Shown here one piece after another: positions 1 through 12,194 of a stretch of 64,000 bases of DNA (the stretch's first letter is position 1; each line of letters starts with the position of its first letter). A program made the position numbers and the translations under genes. The notes under the pieces were generated by a model. That model ran no database searches, was not told where the DNA came from, and saw nothing but the letters and a program-made list of their open reading frames with translations. The DNA comes from Mya arenaria (Eukaryota), in the NCBI RefSeq assembly GCF_026914265.1, contig NC_069133.1, positions 48,673,355-48,737,354 on the forward strand, given 5' to 3'.

Positions 1-1200
1 AGCTGTCACAGTATGTGACGAATGCTCCCGAATGTGACATTGACCTATGAACAAGGTCAGTACATGAAAAGTTGACCTTGCCTTTACGTGTCAAATACAT
101 ATGGCAAGTTATTTTAAATTGCCTCTAAACAATAAAAAATACCACCCATACTTGACAACCTACACTGTTATGTCCTTATAAGCAGCATTCCATTGTGAAT
201 AAACACTAAGTGTGACCTTGAACTTAGAGGTAGGGGCATGGGTCTTGCATGTGACATGTCGCCTTTGTATGTCGGACACATGTGGCAAGTTATTTTTAAA
301 ATCTGTCCATACAAGGGAGACTTACAGCCCGGACACGACAACCTATACTCTATACAGACGGACGGACTGTGCGATTTTAATATGCCCACCTTTGGGGGCA
401 TAAAAATGGGCCAGGAGATTTTGATGAGAAATTATCAAAGTTTCCATAATTATAGACATACATGTATATAGTGAAAAGTAGCCCAACCCCTGGCGGCCAT
501 GTTTTTCAAAGAATCAACATGGGTGGAGGAATTTGATACAGGTTCACCTATGGAACATTTCTGTTAAAATATTAGAGACGTACAGCCCGGACACGACAAC
601 CTATACTCTATGTCCTTATATATGCAGCATTCTATTGTGAATAAACACCTAAGTGTGACCTTGACCTTAGAGGTAGGGACACGGGTCTTGCACGCGACAC
701 CTCGTCTTGGTATGTGAAACACATCTGGCAAGTTATTTAAAAATCTGTCCGTAAAAGGGAAAGTTACTGCCCGGACAAGACAACCTATTCTCTATGTCTT
801 TATATGCAGCACTCCATAAACACTATGTGTGACCCTGACCTATGAGGTAGGAACACGGGTCTTGCACGCGACACGTCGCCTTGGTATGTGGAACGCATGT
901 GGAACGTTATTTTAAAATCTGTCCATACAAGGGAAAGTTACAACCCGGACACAAGTTATTGAGCCGGACACACGGACTGACGGACGGTGCGATTTTAATA
1001 TGCCCACCTTCGGGGGCAAAAAAATGGGCCAGGAGATTTTGATGAGAAATTATCAAAGTTTCCATAATTATAGACATATATGTATATAGTGAAAAGTAGC
1101 CCAAACCCTGGCGGCCATGTTTTTCAAAGAATCAACATGAGTGGAGGAATTTGATACAGGTTCACCTATGGAACATTTCTGTTAAAATATTTTTAAATTG
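1..1200. repeat. Composite tandem repeat. Four ~190-bp subunits begin near 30, 207, 653 and 828. Two ~290-bp blocks at 283-577 and 905-1198 are ~95% identical, and both follow a GACGGACGGAC motif.
   Basis: Direct self-similarity seen in the sequence: tgtgaccttgaccttagaggtaggg... recurs, and ...gggccaggagattttgatgagaaattatcaaagtttccataattatagacat... is duplicated at 400 and 1025. ORFs in this span are short and lie inside the repeats. Confidence 0.8.
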
Positions 1201-2103
1201 GAGCAGTGGTTTCTGTGAAAATATTTTTTTCCTTTCATTGGCCACTTTTATTGAAGGAATCAGGAAGAGGACCAGCTTTGAGGAGTGATTACGTGAAGTT
1301 TGGTTGAAATTGTCCCAGTGATTTAGGAGAAGTGGTTTGAAGGTAAATTTTGATAACGGAGAACAACAGATGATTACCCTATCATAAAAGCTCATGCTGT
1401 GCACTTTCTGCTCAGGTGAGCTTAAAAGACAGACAAATCAAATTGGTGTTTGCTCGCGTCTGGATTTTGTTCTGTTCCCCCATTTACCAATCCATCATAC
1501 TATTTTTAGGAAAAATAAATATGAGGCTGTAATTCAGTTTTCAATTTCTATAAATTACATTGAATTTGGTTGATTATAGAGTAAATGAAACCCCAAAAGT
1601 GCCAGATGTAGGCTTTCTTGTTCTTGATACTCCCAGACATTCTTGATACTCCCAGAAGCACTCTTTGAAGATCCTAAGGACTTTAATTGATGTGATTTCA
1701 AAGGAATTATTCATTTTTCAAATGGCTTTAATCTTGTTTAGCTTTGAAATTTAACACCGCAATCCATGTTTGAAAGAAGAATAAAATCCACTCATTTACA
1801 TGCTGACATGTTTTTTGTGAGTTTAGTTAGTGTGGACATCCCTGACCCAGGCTACAGTCGGTCATGTTAGAGTTTTATGCCAAGTTGTAACTAAAAATGC
1901 TGCAATTTTACGAAACCAGCTTTATAATGTGGGTAATAAAAATTATAGCCAATTTATTTCTTGTATGAGTTAGTTAAAAGTACCAGCCTTTATCTTTACC
2001 AAAGAGACATAATTGAAAAGTACATTAGTTAAGTTATAGCTTATGTGTTTAGTTTCCATCAATTCTAACTAAAGTTGTTGGGCGGGAACCATTTTTCTAT
2101 TTT

Positions 2104-2462
2104 AAAGCTGCACTCTCACAGACTTACCGTTTTTACAACCTTTTTATTTTTTGTCTTGGAAAGAACAAATTTATGCGTAAATATCTGCAAACCAATAATA
2201 AAAGATTGCTAACAAAAGATCAGATCGCAGATTTTCATATTTCCGTTCGAAAATTAATGTTTTATGGCTTAAACCGTAAATAACGGTTTAAGAAAAATAC
2301 ATAAAATATCAATTTTTGAACTTATATTTAAAAATCTGCGATCTAACTTTTTGTCAGCAGTCTTATATAACTGGTTTTCATGCATTTTTGCAAAAAGTGC
2401 TCGTTCCAAGACAAAAAATAAAACGTTGTTAAAACATTCAATCTGTGAGAGTGCAGCTTTAA
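2104..2462. mobile_element. MITE-like non-autonomous element (~360 bp), nearly palindromic, with terminal inverted repeats aaagctgcactctcacag / ctgtgagagtgcagcttt.
   Basis: Termini at 2104 and 2444 are reverse complements. Internal inverted motifs are ttttgtcttggaaagaac / gttccaagacaaaaaa. The same termini recur at 15064, 19987, 29672, 33795 and 34628. Confidence 0.75.
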
Positions 2463-3596
2463 GTAACCTTTAACTTTGACCCCCCCCCCCCCCTTAAAAA
2501 AACAGTCATCCCAAGCTCTTCACATAAGCTTCACAACTTTCCTTACTATCTAGCTAGCTTATGTTATTAGGGGGAAACCAATGTTTTGATGCCTGGCCAC
2601 CTTTCAGTCCATTCATTGAAAATCTTATTCAAAATGGCACTGTGCTGCAGAAAAGGAAATGAGTGCTTAGGGAGAAAAGGGCACATTTAATCAGGCTGTG
2701 AAAAACTTAAATATTAGGAATTGTGTTTATTTATTATAATTGAAATAATAATTGGTTTCAACTGGCGAATATGTCAAGTTTGTATGTATTAATAATCATA
2801 TTATAAGTTTTCATTAAAACAAAAGATATATAACAATCATATGCAATAAAATCTATGACAGCAAAATGATTCCCATGCTGTTCACCATGAGTGCAAAAGG
2901 GTGCTTCCAATCAACGACAGGCGGCAGCATCCCTCCATAACTGAATCCTACACATGTACGATTATAAAACGACTTTCATTGAGGTCTTAAAAAGAGAACA
3001 TATTGCTTACACTGCATAAAAAAACAAAAAGTTATAACCAAGCCTTTCAAGTTAAAACTGTTATAGAAACAAATGTTAGGTGTATACTTAAAGGTCACAT
3101 CCAGGCTAATAATCTGATCCAAACAAGGCTTGGCTTGACTATTATATGTAATTACATATCAATTTCTAGGAAATGACTTCAGAATTGTCTTTCATCTTTA
3201 ATAATAACTCTTTCTTTGAGACAAATAATGACACAGTTAAATTACCACCAGTAGCAATGACCTGATCAATGTGAAAGCAATGGATTTTTTTAATAATTCC
3301 TCTAATTGCTCAATAAAAGATATTTTCCACACATGGTAAATTACACTTAATACAGCTTTATGAGGCTCAAAGATTCATGCATATTTACATTAGAAGTTAA
3401 ATAGTTATTTACTTATTATTGTTGTTATGAAAGACAAAACTTAGAGCTGTCACAGGAGTGATGAATACCCCCAAATGCCGCCTGGACACAGGACACACAT
3501 AACTCCAAGGTTACTGCACACTGCATCTTCTTTTATCATGCATGTATTGTTTTATTTAAATCTGTTGAGTAATTTAGAAGTTACACTGCTGACAAG

Positions 3597-4812
3597 AAAA
3601 ACTAGCCTTTCATGAGTTATCGTCCGGAAACCGTTTTTCTATTTTTAGTAACAGTGACCTTGACCTTGGCCCCACCAGCCCCAATATCGAACTTGACCTG
3701 TATCTTCTGATGTTACACCTGTGTACCAAAAATTGTTCAAATCTGTCTAGCCTTTCATGAGTTATCGTCTGGAAACCGTTTTTCTATTTTTAGTAACAGT
3801 GACCTTGACCCCACCAGCCCCAATATCTAACTTGACCTGTATCTTCTGATGTTACACCTGTATACCAAAAATTGTTAAAATCTGTCAAGCCTTTCATGAT
3901 TTATCGTCCGGAAACCGTTTTTCTATTTTTAGTAACAGTGACCTTGACTTTGGCCCCACCAGCCCCAATATCGAACTTGACCTGTATCTTCTGATGTTAC
4001 ACCTGTATACCAAAAATTGTTCAAATCTGTCAAGCCTTTCATGTGTTATCGTCCGGAAACCGTTTTTCTATTTTTAGTAACAGTGACCTTGACCTTGGCC
4101 CAACCAGCCCTAATATCGAACTTGACCTATATCTTCTGATGTTACACCTGTGTACCAAACTGTATCTTCTGATGTTACACCTGTGTACCAAAAATTGTTC
4201 AAATCTGTCTAGCCTTTCATGAGTTATCGTCCGGAAACCGTTTTTATATTTTTAGTAACAGTGACCTTGACCTTGGCCCCACCAGCCCCAATATCGAACT
4301 TGACCTGTATCTTCTGATGTTACACCTGTGTACCAAAAATTGTTCAAATCTGTCTAGTCTTTCATGAGTTATCGTCCGGAAACCGTTTTTCTATTTTTAG
4401 TAACAGTGACCTTGACCCCACCAGCCCCAATATCGAACTTGACCTGTATCTTCTGATGTTACACCTGTGTACCAAAAATTGTTCAAATCTGTCTAGCCTT
4501 TCATGAGTTTTCGTCCGGAAACCGTTTTTCTATCTTTAGTAACAGTGACCTTGACCTTGGCCCCACCAGCCCCAATATCGAACTTGACCTGTATCTTCTG
4601 ATGTTACACCTGTGTACCAAAAATTGTTCAAATCTGTCAAGCCTTTCATGAGTTATCGTCCGGAAACTGTTTTTCTATTTTTAGTAACAGTGACCTTGAC
4701 CTTGGCCCCACCGGCCCCAATATCGAACTTGACCAGTATCTTCTGATGTTACACCTGTGTACCAAAAATTGTTCAAATATGTCTAGCCTTTCATGAGTTA
4801 TCGTCTGGAAAC
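3597..4812. repeat. Satellite array, ~157-bp monomer x ~8. It ends in the short microsatellite (CCGACAGA)2-3 at 4826-4846.
   Basis: Monomer ...cctttcatgagttatcgtccggaaaccgtttttctatttttagtaacagtgaccttgaccttggccccaccagccccaatatcgaacttgacctgtatcttctgatgttacacctgtgtaccaaaaattgttcaaatctgtc... is repeated head to tail with a few indels. Confidence 0.9.
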
Positions 4813-4892
4813 CATGAAAACCGACAGACCGACAGACAAGCTCACTCCTTTATACCCCCACAAACGAAGTGTGATATTAATGAGAAAGATAA

Positions 4893-5165
4893 TTAAGACC
4901 ACTGAGGCATTGGCTTTGATGATAATCTCAGGGTACGTGGCTGACAATTTATAATTGTCTCATTAGTTTGAAAATCATAAAATAGAATTTTAACTACAAA
5001 AGAAAAATTCCTATCATTTAGGCCTGGCTTTGTTGATCAACTCAGTGTATGTGGCTGACAATTTATAATTATCTTATTAGTTTCAAAATCATAAAAAAGA
5101 ATTTTAACTAAGAAAGAACACGTCTACCATTTGAGCCTTGGCTTTGTTGATGAACTCATTGTACG
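4893..5165. repeat. Tandem repeat, ~115 bp x ~2.4. Its rightmost copy is the 3-prime end of CDC23 exon 11 plus the start of the following intron.
   Basis: ggctttgttgatgaactcattgtac (5134-5160) recurs as ggctttgttgatcaactcagtgtat (5025) and ggctttgatgataatctcagggtac (4911). Each copy is followed by ...gacaatttataatt...attagtttgaaaatcataaaa. Confidence 0.8.
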
Positions 5166-5216
5166 CCCCAGCTGCTTGCTGTTCCTCACCTAGTCTCTCA
5201 TGTAGCCTGAAATAAT
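5128..5216 (-). CDS. CDC23: CDC23/APC8 exon (LHERLGEEQQAAGAYNEFINKAKAQM). The 3-prime boundary is uncertain because the exon end sits in the 115-bp tandem repeat.
   Basis: Acceptor cattatttcag|. It aligns to human LHEQLTESEQAAQCYIKYIQD. The putative donor atg|gtagac is weak. The terminal exons further downstream on the minus strand were not resolved. Confidence 0.6.
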
Positions 5217-6028
5217 GAACTTTATTGTATGCTTTTCGGTGCTTTATAATAATTTTGCACTGTTTCAAAAAGTGAAAAATATAAATATGATTTTTTCCGG
5301 GGTTTTGAAATTTTAACCCGCTTCATATGTCATATCTGTGCACACAGAACTAGGAACAAATTTAAGCAACATCATTTATGAAAAGACATGATGTTTGCTT
5401 TTCTGAAAACTACAATTAACTGTCATTTTAAAACCTTTTTAGACTTAATAAAAATTAACTGGTTTTTTTTCAGTGTAATATAACAATAAATTTCACAAGT
5501 AAACATCAAAACGAAATATTTTATTCATGGTTACAACACTTATAAAATATAGGTTTTGGTGCTCACTCTGTGAAGTATAATTGCCATCTTACACTGAAAA
5601 AACACTTTAAACCTCCATATGTTGTAGCAAGAATAGATTGTTTCATTTTCCGTAGGTATTCTGAACATGTTTGTTTCACACGATAGCAAACAAGAACCAA
5701 CTGCACCATGGAGTGAACGCTAATGCTAGTCTGTTGATATTTTTTTAATTGATAGGGTGTTGATATGAATGGTTTATTATGAATTATTACCAAGGGTAAT
5801 GTTTCTGCTTGACTGCAATTCTACCTGACTGCTCTGAAAACAATCCCACTAATGCTAATGACACTAAAGTTTTCATGTTACCTGGACTGTTTTCTTCGAA
5901 ATAAACTAGTTTAAAAAAAGGAAATCAATGGACTAGGATGCTTTAAAAAGCTCTGGATAATATTCACTATGCATCATATTAATTTTCAGCTTTATGATAA
6001 GCTAACTTGACAATACTTTAAAACTAAC

Positions 6029-6165
6029 CTAGCCAGCTTGAGCAATGATGACCCTTCAATATCGCCGACCATGTGTGCTTTCCAGAAACATTTCTTGGCC
6101 TCCTGAAGGCGGTCCAGCTTCTCGTACGACTCACCCAGGGCCATTATCATCCGACTGTCATTTGG
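6029..6165 (-). CDS. CDC23: CDC23/APC8 exon (PNDSRMIMALGESYEKLDRLQEAKKCFWKAHMVGDIEGSSLLKLAR).
   Basis: Acceptor ttattgcag| and donor ctag|gttagt. It aligns to human PNDSRMLVALGECYEKLNQLVEAKKCYWRAYAVGDVEKMALVKLAK. Confidence 0.85.
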
Positions 6166-6793
6166 CCTGCAATAAATAAGAATATACTGTTAGGGGAAAT
6201 TGGAATACCACTATATAGAAAGCAGGGCCAACTCAAGTCTTAATCATTAACAATATCGTGTCTGCAGGCGGTCTGAATACTTGGTCCTATGGTCATAGGA
6301 CTGAAAGAGAGTTACGAGGGATGAATGAGAAAATGTTCTACCTTCATTATTTAACGTCACTTAGAACCTTTTCGCATTCACCCCTCAGAACTTACTTTAC
6401 TAGGGTTTTAATGGATTTATTTAGTAATTACAATGGAAAAATCAATTCAGCTATATAAAGCTTCTTTTTTAAGACATTCAAATATAAAAAGGCTTCATGT
6501 ATTAACATTCTAGAATGCTCAAGATTATTCTAAGGCGAAGAATAATGGGTGCCAAGTGGACTAAAATTGTCTCTTAATCTTTGACAAAACTATTCATTAT
6601 TTTAAAGTTCACCTATTTTTAGGTTTCATTTAGACTTCTCTTCAAAGAAAACTATCTTTCATAAAGTTATTCCAAAAAAAATTCATGTACTAGAAAAGGA
6701 TTTTCTTCGCTCATGGAATTTGTCACTTGAACTCACTTGGGATTTGTCCCGCGAGCTCACTTGGGATTTGACCCGTGAACTCACTTTACTCAC

Positions 6794-6902
6794 CTGAGTT
6801 TCTGGGCATTTCTATAGTAATAGAGGCAGTAATACGGCATCTTCAGTATCTCGTACGTCTGTCCAAGACCGTACCAGGCTCGGTAATCACGCTTGTTCAC
6901 CT
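6794..6902 (-). CDS. CDC23: CDC23/APC8 exon ([37 protein letters not shown]).
   Basis: Acceptor tttgcag| and donor ctcag|gtgagtaaag. Phase 1 in and phase 2 out, both consistent with the neighbouring exons. It matches human [37 protein letters not shown]. Confidence 0.9.
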
Positions 6903-7480
6903 CTGCAAAATAAATCATGAAAAATGTGATTTATTACAAGAGCAAAGTGGAGCAATCAAAATGCTCGTCTTTTTGCTCCTAAAAGTGTACAAGAGATATA
7001 ACTCATTAATTATTTTAGCAAGAGTAATTGGTCGGAAATTCCGAACCATGAAACTTGAAATTTATAACTAAAGCGCCGTGAAGCCATCAAAATGCTTGTC
7101 TTTTCCTTCTGTAAATGATCAAGATAAATAACTCATTAAATATGAGTAATTGGTCAAAAAGTCAAATTACATTGTACTTTTTTTTCCTTTTTTAGAGATA
7201 AAGATAGGGTTAGGGTTAGCTCATTGAACATTGTAGCATGAGTGGCATGTGTCTTGTGTTGTCATGTAGTATTAATTAGGGGGGAAAACACAAGAACCTA
7301 GAAAGCCCAATTGTTGGCTTAGAGTCCACCAATCAAACACAAATGTCCAAAGACAGGGAATCAATCTTGAAACGCTCTGGTAGACTTTTTGAGTGCCAAC
7401 CAATGCACTAACCAATCAGCCAGTAAATGAATGGTATAAAAGAAATTATAAATTGCACTATCCCAATTATAACCTCTTAC

Positions 7481-7644
7481 CAAGAGCCTGTCTGTAGGCC
7501 TGTATGGCAGCATTGGTGTTTTTCATCTCCATGAACTCGTGTCCCATGAGCGTCCACGCAGACAAATACAGAGGGTTGAGTTTGATACAACGTTGAAAAT
7601 ACAGGGCCGCCTTCTCGTGCTCTGACCTCAGAGAATAGTAGTTG
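7481..7644 (-). CDS. CDC23: CDC23/APC8 exon carrying TPR repeats ([54 protein letters not shown]).
   Basis: Lies within ORF 7467-7757(-). Acceptor tttcccag| and donor ctcttg|gtaagagg. It aligns to human [54 protein letters not shown]. Confidence 0.9.
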
Positions 7645-7827
7645 CCTGGGAAAAAAAAAATCAATTTAAGAACTCCATAAGACTCATTTCTCCCAAATGC
7701 ACCGTAAATGCGTGATTGATTAATACCAGAGAAACAAAATTCCTTATATTGCTGCATGCAAGTTATTTACAATACTTAAAATTCCTCTAAATGAGGACTA
7801 GGATGGAAACAGTGACATAAGACTTAC

Positions 7828-8007
7828 CAATAACACAGCATGTCTCCACCCTATACTTGTCAATGTCGCTAAGCTTGTGTGCCAGGTTGGCCAGCTCATA
7901 TCTCATCTCTTTCACATACAGGAGGTTGCTAAATGTGTCCATATTCTCCAGTCTGTATGGGTCTAAACGCTGCAGCTCATGGAAGGACGATAAGGCAGCA
8001 TCTACAT
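7828..8007 (-). CDS. CDC23: CDC23/APC8 exon (DVDAALSSFHELQRLDPYRLENMDTFSNLLYVKEMRYELANLAHKLSDIDKYRVETCCVIG).
   Basis: Lies within the six-frame ORF 7787-8035(-). Acceptor aattgcag| and donor attg|gtaagtc. It matches human DIDKALSIFNELRKQDPYRIENMDTFSNLLYVRSMKSELSYLAHNLCEIDKYRVETCCVIG nearly throughout. Confidence 0.9.
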
Positions 8008-8699
8008 CTGCAATTGACATGAGGCTAGTTATCAATCAACCATTCAATTGACAAATCAACGGGCTATATTTTATCAATAACAGCTCATGGTTACATAACC
8101 CAAAGTATATGGGTATTATTTATAAATTACTTTCACCACCTCTGACAAACAACCTCTGACTGACCAAAGCCATTCAAATCATGTTAGTTGGGAAGGAACA
8201 GTTTACAAGCCATATATACCCCATGACTGTCATATCAGTATGGCAATGATTAATTCATTATGAAATCAGATAACACATATCTTCAGCAGCCATAACTATT
8301 ATTTGTTCATTTTCCTTACTTATACAATGTACTAACAAATAGCCATTGGCAGCATCAAGCGCTACACGTAAATTGATTGAAGGTCCCATTGGACCCAGAT
8401 TTCATGCTTGCTATCTATTTTTCATGAGTCTTATTATGTCAGAAGTTTGGGAAAAAGATAAGTAATCCATAGACCTCTCATGCTATGAAATGCCATCACA
8501 AAATTTTACACATTGTATTCATGTGCTCATGCATTTTAGCACTAACTACATAACAAGACCAACACTTGTCTGTTGTTGTTTTTCAGTCGTAAAAGAAGCT
8601 AAACTTGACAATTGTTGAAGCCACCGGGTCATGTGTCTTCCTTTACCTATTCATGTATTTCATATTCCGCAATTAAGCTGATGAAAACATCATGCATAC

Positions 8700-8876
8700 C
8701 TCGCATGTTATGGAATGCTACCGCTATGTTTGACACGATGTATGTACTCTGCTCAAAACCGTTCTCCTCCAAATCCTGGTATATCTTTAAAGCCTCCTCA
8801 TTCAGCTGTAGTTCCAGGAACACCATGGCCACGAAGAATTGCTTCATCCATGTGCTTGGGAGGCTCATGGACATCA
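8700..8876 (-). CDS. CDC23: CDC23/APC8 exon (LMSMSLPSTWMKQFFVAMVFLELQLNEEALKIYQDLEENGFEQSTYIVSNIAVAFHNMR).
   Basis: This is the in-frame part of the six-frame ORF 8647-8874(-). Acceptor ttacatag| and donor gcgag|gtatgc. It aligns to human LKFLSLPDTWMKEFFLAHIYTELQLIEEALQKYQNLIDVGFSKSSYIVSQIAVAYHNIR. Confidence 0.85.
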
Positions 8877-10229
8877 GCTATGTAAAGCATGGCAAAGTCT
8901 TGTATATAGATGCATATTAACTTTTCATTAAAATTGTACAGAAATATAGTTGAGACATGACAAAGCCTTGTTTTTATCCTTTGCAATTATAATTACAGTC
9001 GAAACTCGTTATTTGGCCTTTTCGGGACCTAGGGAAAAAAGTCAACATAACGAACATTCCACACATCCAAATTACAAAAAAAATATCTGACACCAAACCC
9101 AACACATCTGAGTTTGATTTATGTCTAAACCGACTTCTGCAATTGAACAGCCTTGTTACATATTACCATCGTGATAACAGCAAACGTATAATTGAAAAAT
9201 AAAGTAAAAAATTATTTATTTGTGTCAAATTTATTTAATTCTATTCAATTAATTGGTTTAAAAAAAGTTTTCTTTCTACATGCAGTGTAGAGAAAGTTCT
9301 TCCTTACGTAACTTTCATTGTTGTTGAATTTTCCCATGATATCACCAGTGTCCTCGAGCGTTTCAATAAATGTCTCTTGTACAATTGATTTCTCTAATCA
9401 AAAACATAAACAAACAACTTTACAACTTTAATTATTCACACTTATTAAATAACCTCCAATTATGACAGTTTGTTATTTTGACACGCACGGTAGTTAAGCC
9501 ACATGCCGCAAGTCATGAATATTTTCACACCTAGCTCGATCTATATAGTTTGACATAAGGAACAAGGAAAACATGTGAAATTCGACTACAGGGACTGAAA
9601 TAGGAGGTCGACATAGCGAAAAAATCGAGATAGAAAAATCGACACAAGCAGATTTATTTTTATAGAATAAGAAGGAAAAAATTCGGGACCGGAGAAAAAA
9701 GTTGACACAACCGGAAAGTCGGGATATCCGACGTCGGCATAGCGAGTCTGGACTGTATAAGAAATTTTGCATTTTTAATCTTTCATAACAAGAAGTCGTT
9801 TAAGTGTTTTAAGGGCTATGTGGACTGTCTTTATGTTTAGAGGTCTAAAGATTGGCTTTCTTTATGCACTTTGTCCTATCTCTTAAATGATCCTCAGGTG
9901 GAGTTTATTAGTGTTGTTGCAGTTTTCTTTTGATGGACAGTTTCCCCTTGATAAGGTCTTTGCTCAATCTTCTCATGCTTACAGACAGCCCTTCACTACT
10001 GCTGGCAGCAAAAAAATATTTATAATTCTAAAATTGGCCCAATAAGCCTATGGCATTGGCTTAAATATAAATGCTTGTACTGAATTCTTTCTAACTTGCA
10101 AGTAACACTGTAACAGTCCTAAACTCAAACTTTTGCATTGGGGTTCACAGACCTTATGATTGTCATACATGCATTGAACATACTCAAAGAAGATTTAACT
10201 CCAAAACTGGCCCCTTAAACCTTACATAC

Positions 10230-10372
10230 CATCTCCCTGTCTGCAATGAGAGGGACCAGCTCTTGCCAGGTACCCCAGTGTAGTGGCTCCAGCTTGAGAG
10301 ACTCCAGAAATATTTCAACTGCATCCTTAAGGAGGTCCAGTTTCTTCAATATAACTCCATACCTTATGATAA
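10230..10372 (-). CDS. CDC23: CDC23/APC8 exon (YGVILKKLDLLKDAVEIFLESLKLEPLHWGTWQELVPLIADREM).
   Basis: Acceptor tcataag| and donor gagatg|gtatgt. It aligns to human YGVVLRKLDLVKEAIDVFVEATHVLPLHWGAWLELCNLITDKEM. Confidence 0.85.
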
Positions 10373-11095
10373 ATATGGATTTAGATTATGCCTCGGAGCA
10401 TCTTTATACTTGTCACACTGGACTTTAATTATCAAAGCAAACATGGCTGTTGTGTTACAATGTTACACCTCGTTATATTTCTTTATCAACTTGTACTTTG
10501 TGTCCTACTGACATCTCACAATAATGGGTTTTCAGTTAGGCCTAAAAATATAAATTGTTTAGTTAGGGTAACATCCTTTTCAAAAATAGGTAGGGTAGGT
10601 TGGCTTTTCATTTTTTATTTTTTATGAGGCTTTATATAAGAATGTAATTTTCATCATTGGAGAATGGTGTTAAAGTCATCTTCTGTATAAGAATTTAAGG
10701 TTTTCAACTACATATTGAAAAGCAGTTTTTCAAAAAAAAAATCAAATTGACTATAAAAACGGTAGGGTCGGCGCTTATTCCGTAGGTAGGGTCGGGTTAC
10801 CCGAACCAAATGTATTTTTTTTGTAGGCCTTATCATCATTCACATAAAGTATTTCCATAGCATCATAAATTGATTTTGGAACAAACAATCAGCTTACTTT
10901 AACCTAAAGCTAAACCTTCACAAAGATTCATTTTACATTTATATGAAGAAATAATGTTGCAAATATACGTATAAACACTCCAGCATATATTTTATATACA
11001 TGTAGTACCTTGTAAAAATTAAACACACAGACTTAATGTGTATTGAACTATGAGTGGTTTATACATGTATCTAAATAATTTGCTTGTTTTCTTAC

Positions 11096-11195
11096 AGGTA
11101 AAGGGAGTAACCATCCAGCTCCCTGTTGGCATATTTCTTGCTCAGCTCTATCCTCAAAGTTTTCAAATGCTCATTCTCTAGATGGTCCGGTGGTC
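11096..11195 (-). CDS. CDC23: CDC23/APC8 exon (GPPDHLENEHLKTLRIELSKKYANRELDGYSLYL).
   Basis: Acceptor ctctccag| and donor tacct|gtaaga. The codon phase is consistent with both neighbouring exons. It aligns to human LRELRVELSKKHQARELDGFGLYLYG. Confidence 0.8.
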
Positions 11196-11950
11196 CTGGA
11201 GAGAACAATCATTATATGTACAATGGTGGACAATAACAATTATGAATAGACAACATTGCATGAGTGGCCATTCAATACAGGTTTATAAAATTGACCAAAA
11301 CTAATACTAATTAATATATTTTACCTGACCGACCCTATTTATTTGCCAACAACTAAAAATTGAGTCCAAAAATCAAAGAAAAATCAAGTGCAAAAATGTG
11401 ATATCAGAACAAAAATTCGCCCAAACATGTGGCATTTGCAATGATTATTTTGTACTGCACTTCTCTTAAATGAGTCAACACCATTATGACTTTTCAAGAA
11501 AAGCTCCAGACAAAAAATAAGTATGAAAAGGGGCAATAACTATATAAACCTTTCCCCAGAGTTATGGTTTTTGTGCACTGCACTACTTCTAAATGAATCA
11601 ATAAAAAGTTTGAAGACACTACCTTAAAGACTTTTCAAGTTTATATCTTCGGAAAATATATATGAATATTTACAATGGGCAATAACTAAAACAATACTGC
11701 ACTTTGAGTTATAGTTCCTGTACACTGCACTTCTCCTCTATGGAACTTTATGTTTAAGAAGTCACAACCCTAATGCCTTTTTAAATTATCCTCAGGACAA
11801 GATTGCCTGGATGCACGCACACACACGCCTACCATTACTATATCTCCTCGGGGGATCATTAAGGCATCATAAGTATGTATTTTAGAGCATCAGAGAAATG
11901 CTGCCAACTTGCAATTTGTATATATAATAGAGAAAAACATGAACAAATAC

Positions 11951-12131
11951 CAATAGAATCTGAGGCCTTATCTAGTTTTCTCTTCTCATCGCCGAGATAC
12001 TGCGAGTAGATGTAAAGGAAGAAACACTTCTTGCTTCTACACTCCTTTAGGAAGTACGCAGCTCGGTCATACTCCTTCAGGTCAAAGTATGATGTAGCCA
12101 GGGTGTATTTGTCATACTCTTGAAGAAATAT
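11951..12131 (-). CDS. CDC23: CDC23/APC8 exon (IFLQEYDKYTLATSYFDLKEYDRAAYFLKECRSKKCFFLYIYSQYLGDEKRKLDKASDSI-).
   Basis: Acceptor aatttcag| and donor attg|gtattt. It aligns to human DAYTLAKAYFDVKEYDRAAHFLHGCNSKKAYFLYMYSRYLSGEKKKDDETVDSLG. Confidence 0.8.
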
Positions 12132-12194
12132 CTGAAATTGTGCACATATTATATTTTTTTAAGGTTATATAACAGTTGAATTATTTTACTGTAT

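Noticed and set aside
7197-7213. (TTAGGG)2 telomere-like motif within the CDC23 intron.
   Set aside because: Only two units. Such short interstitial hits are common.
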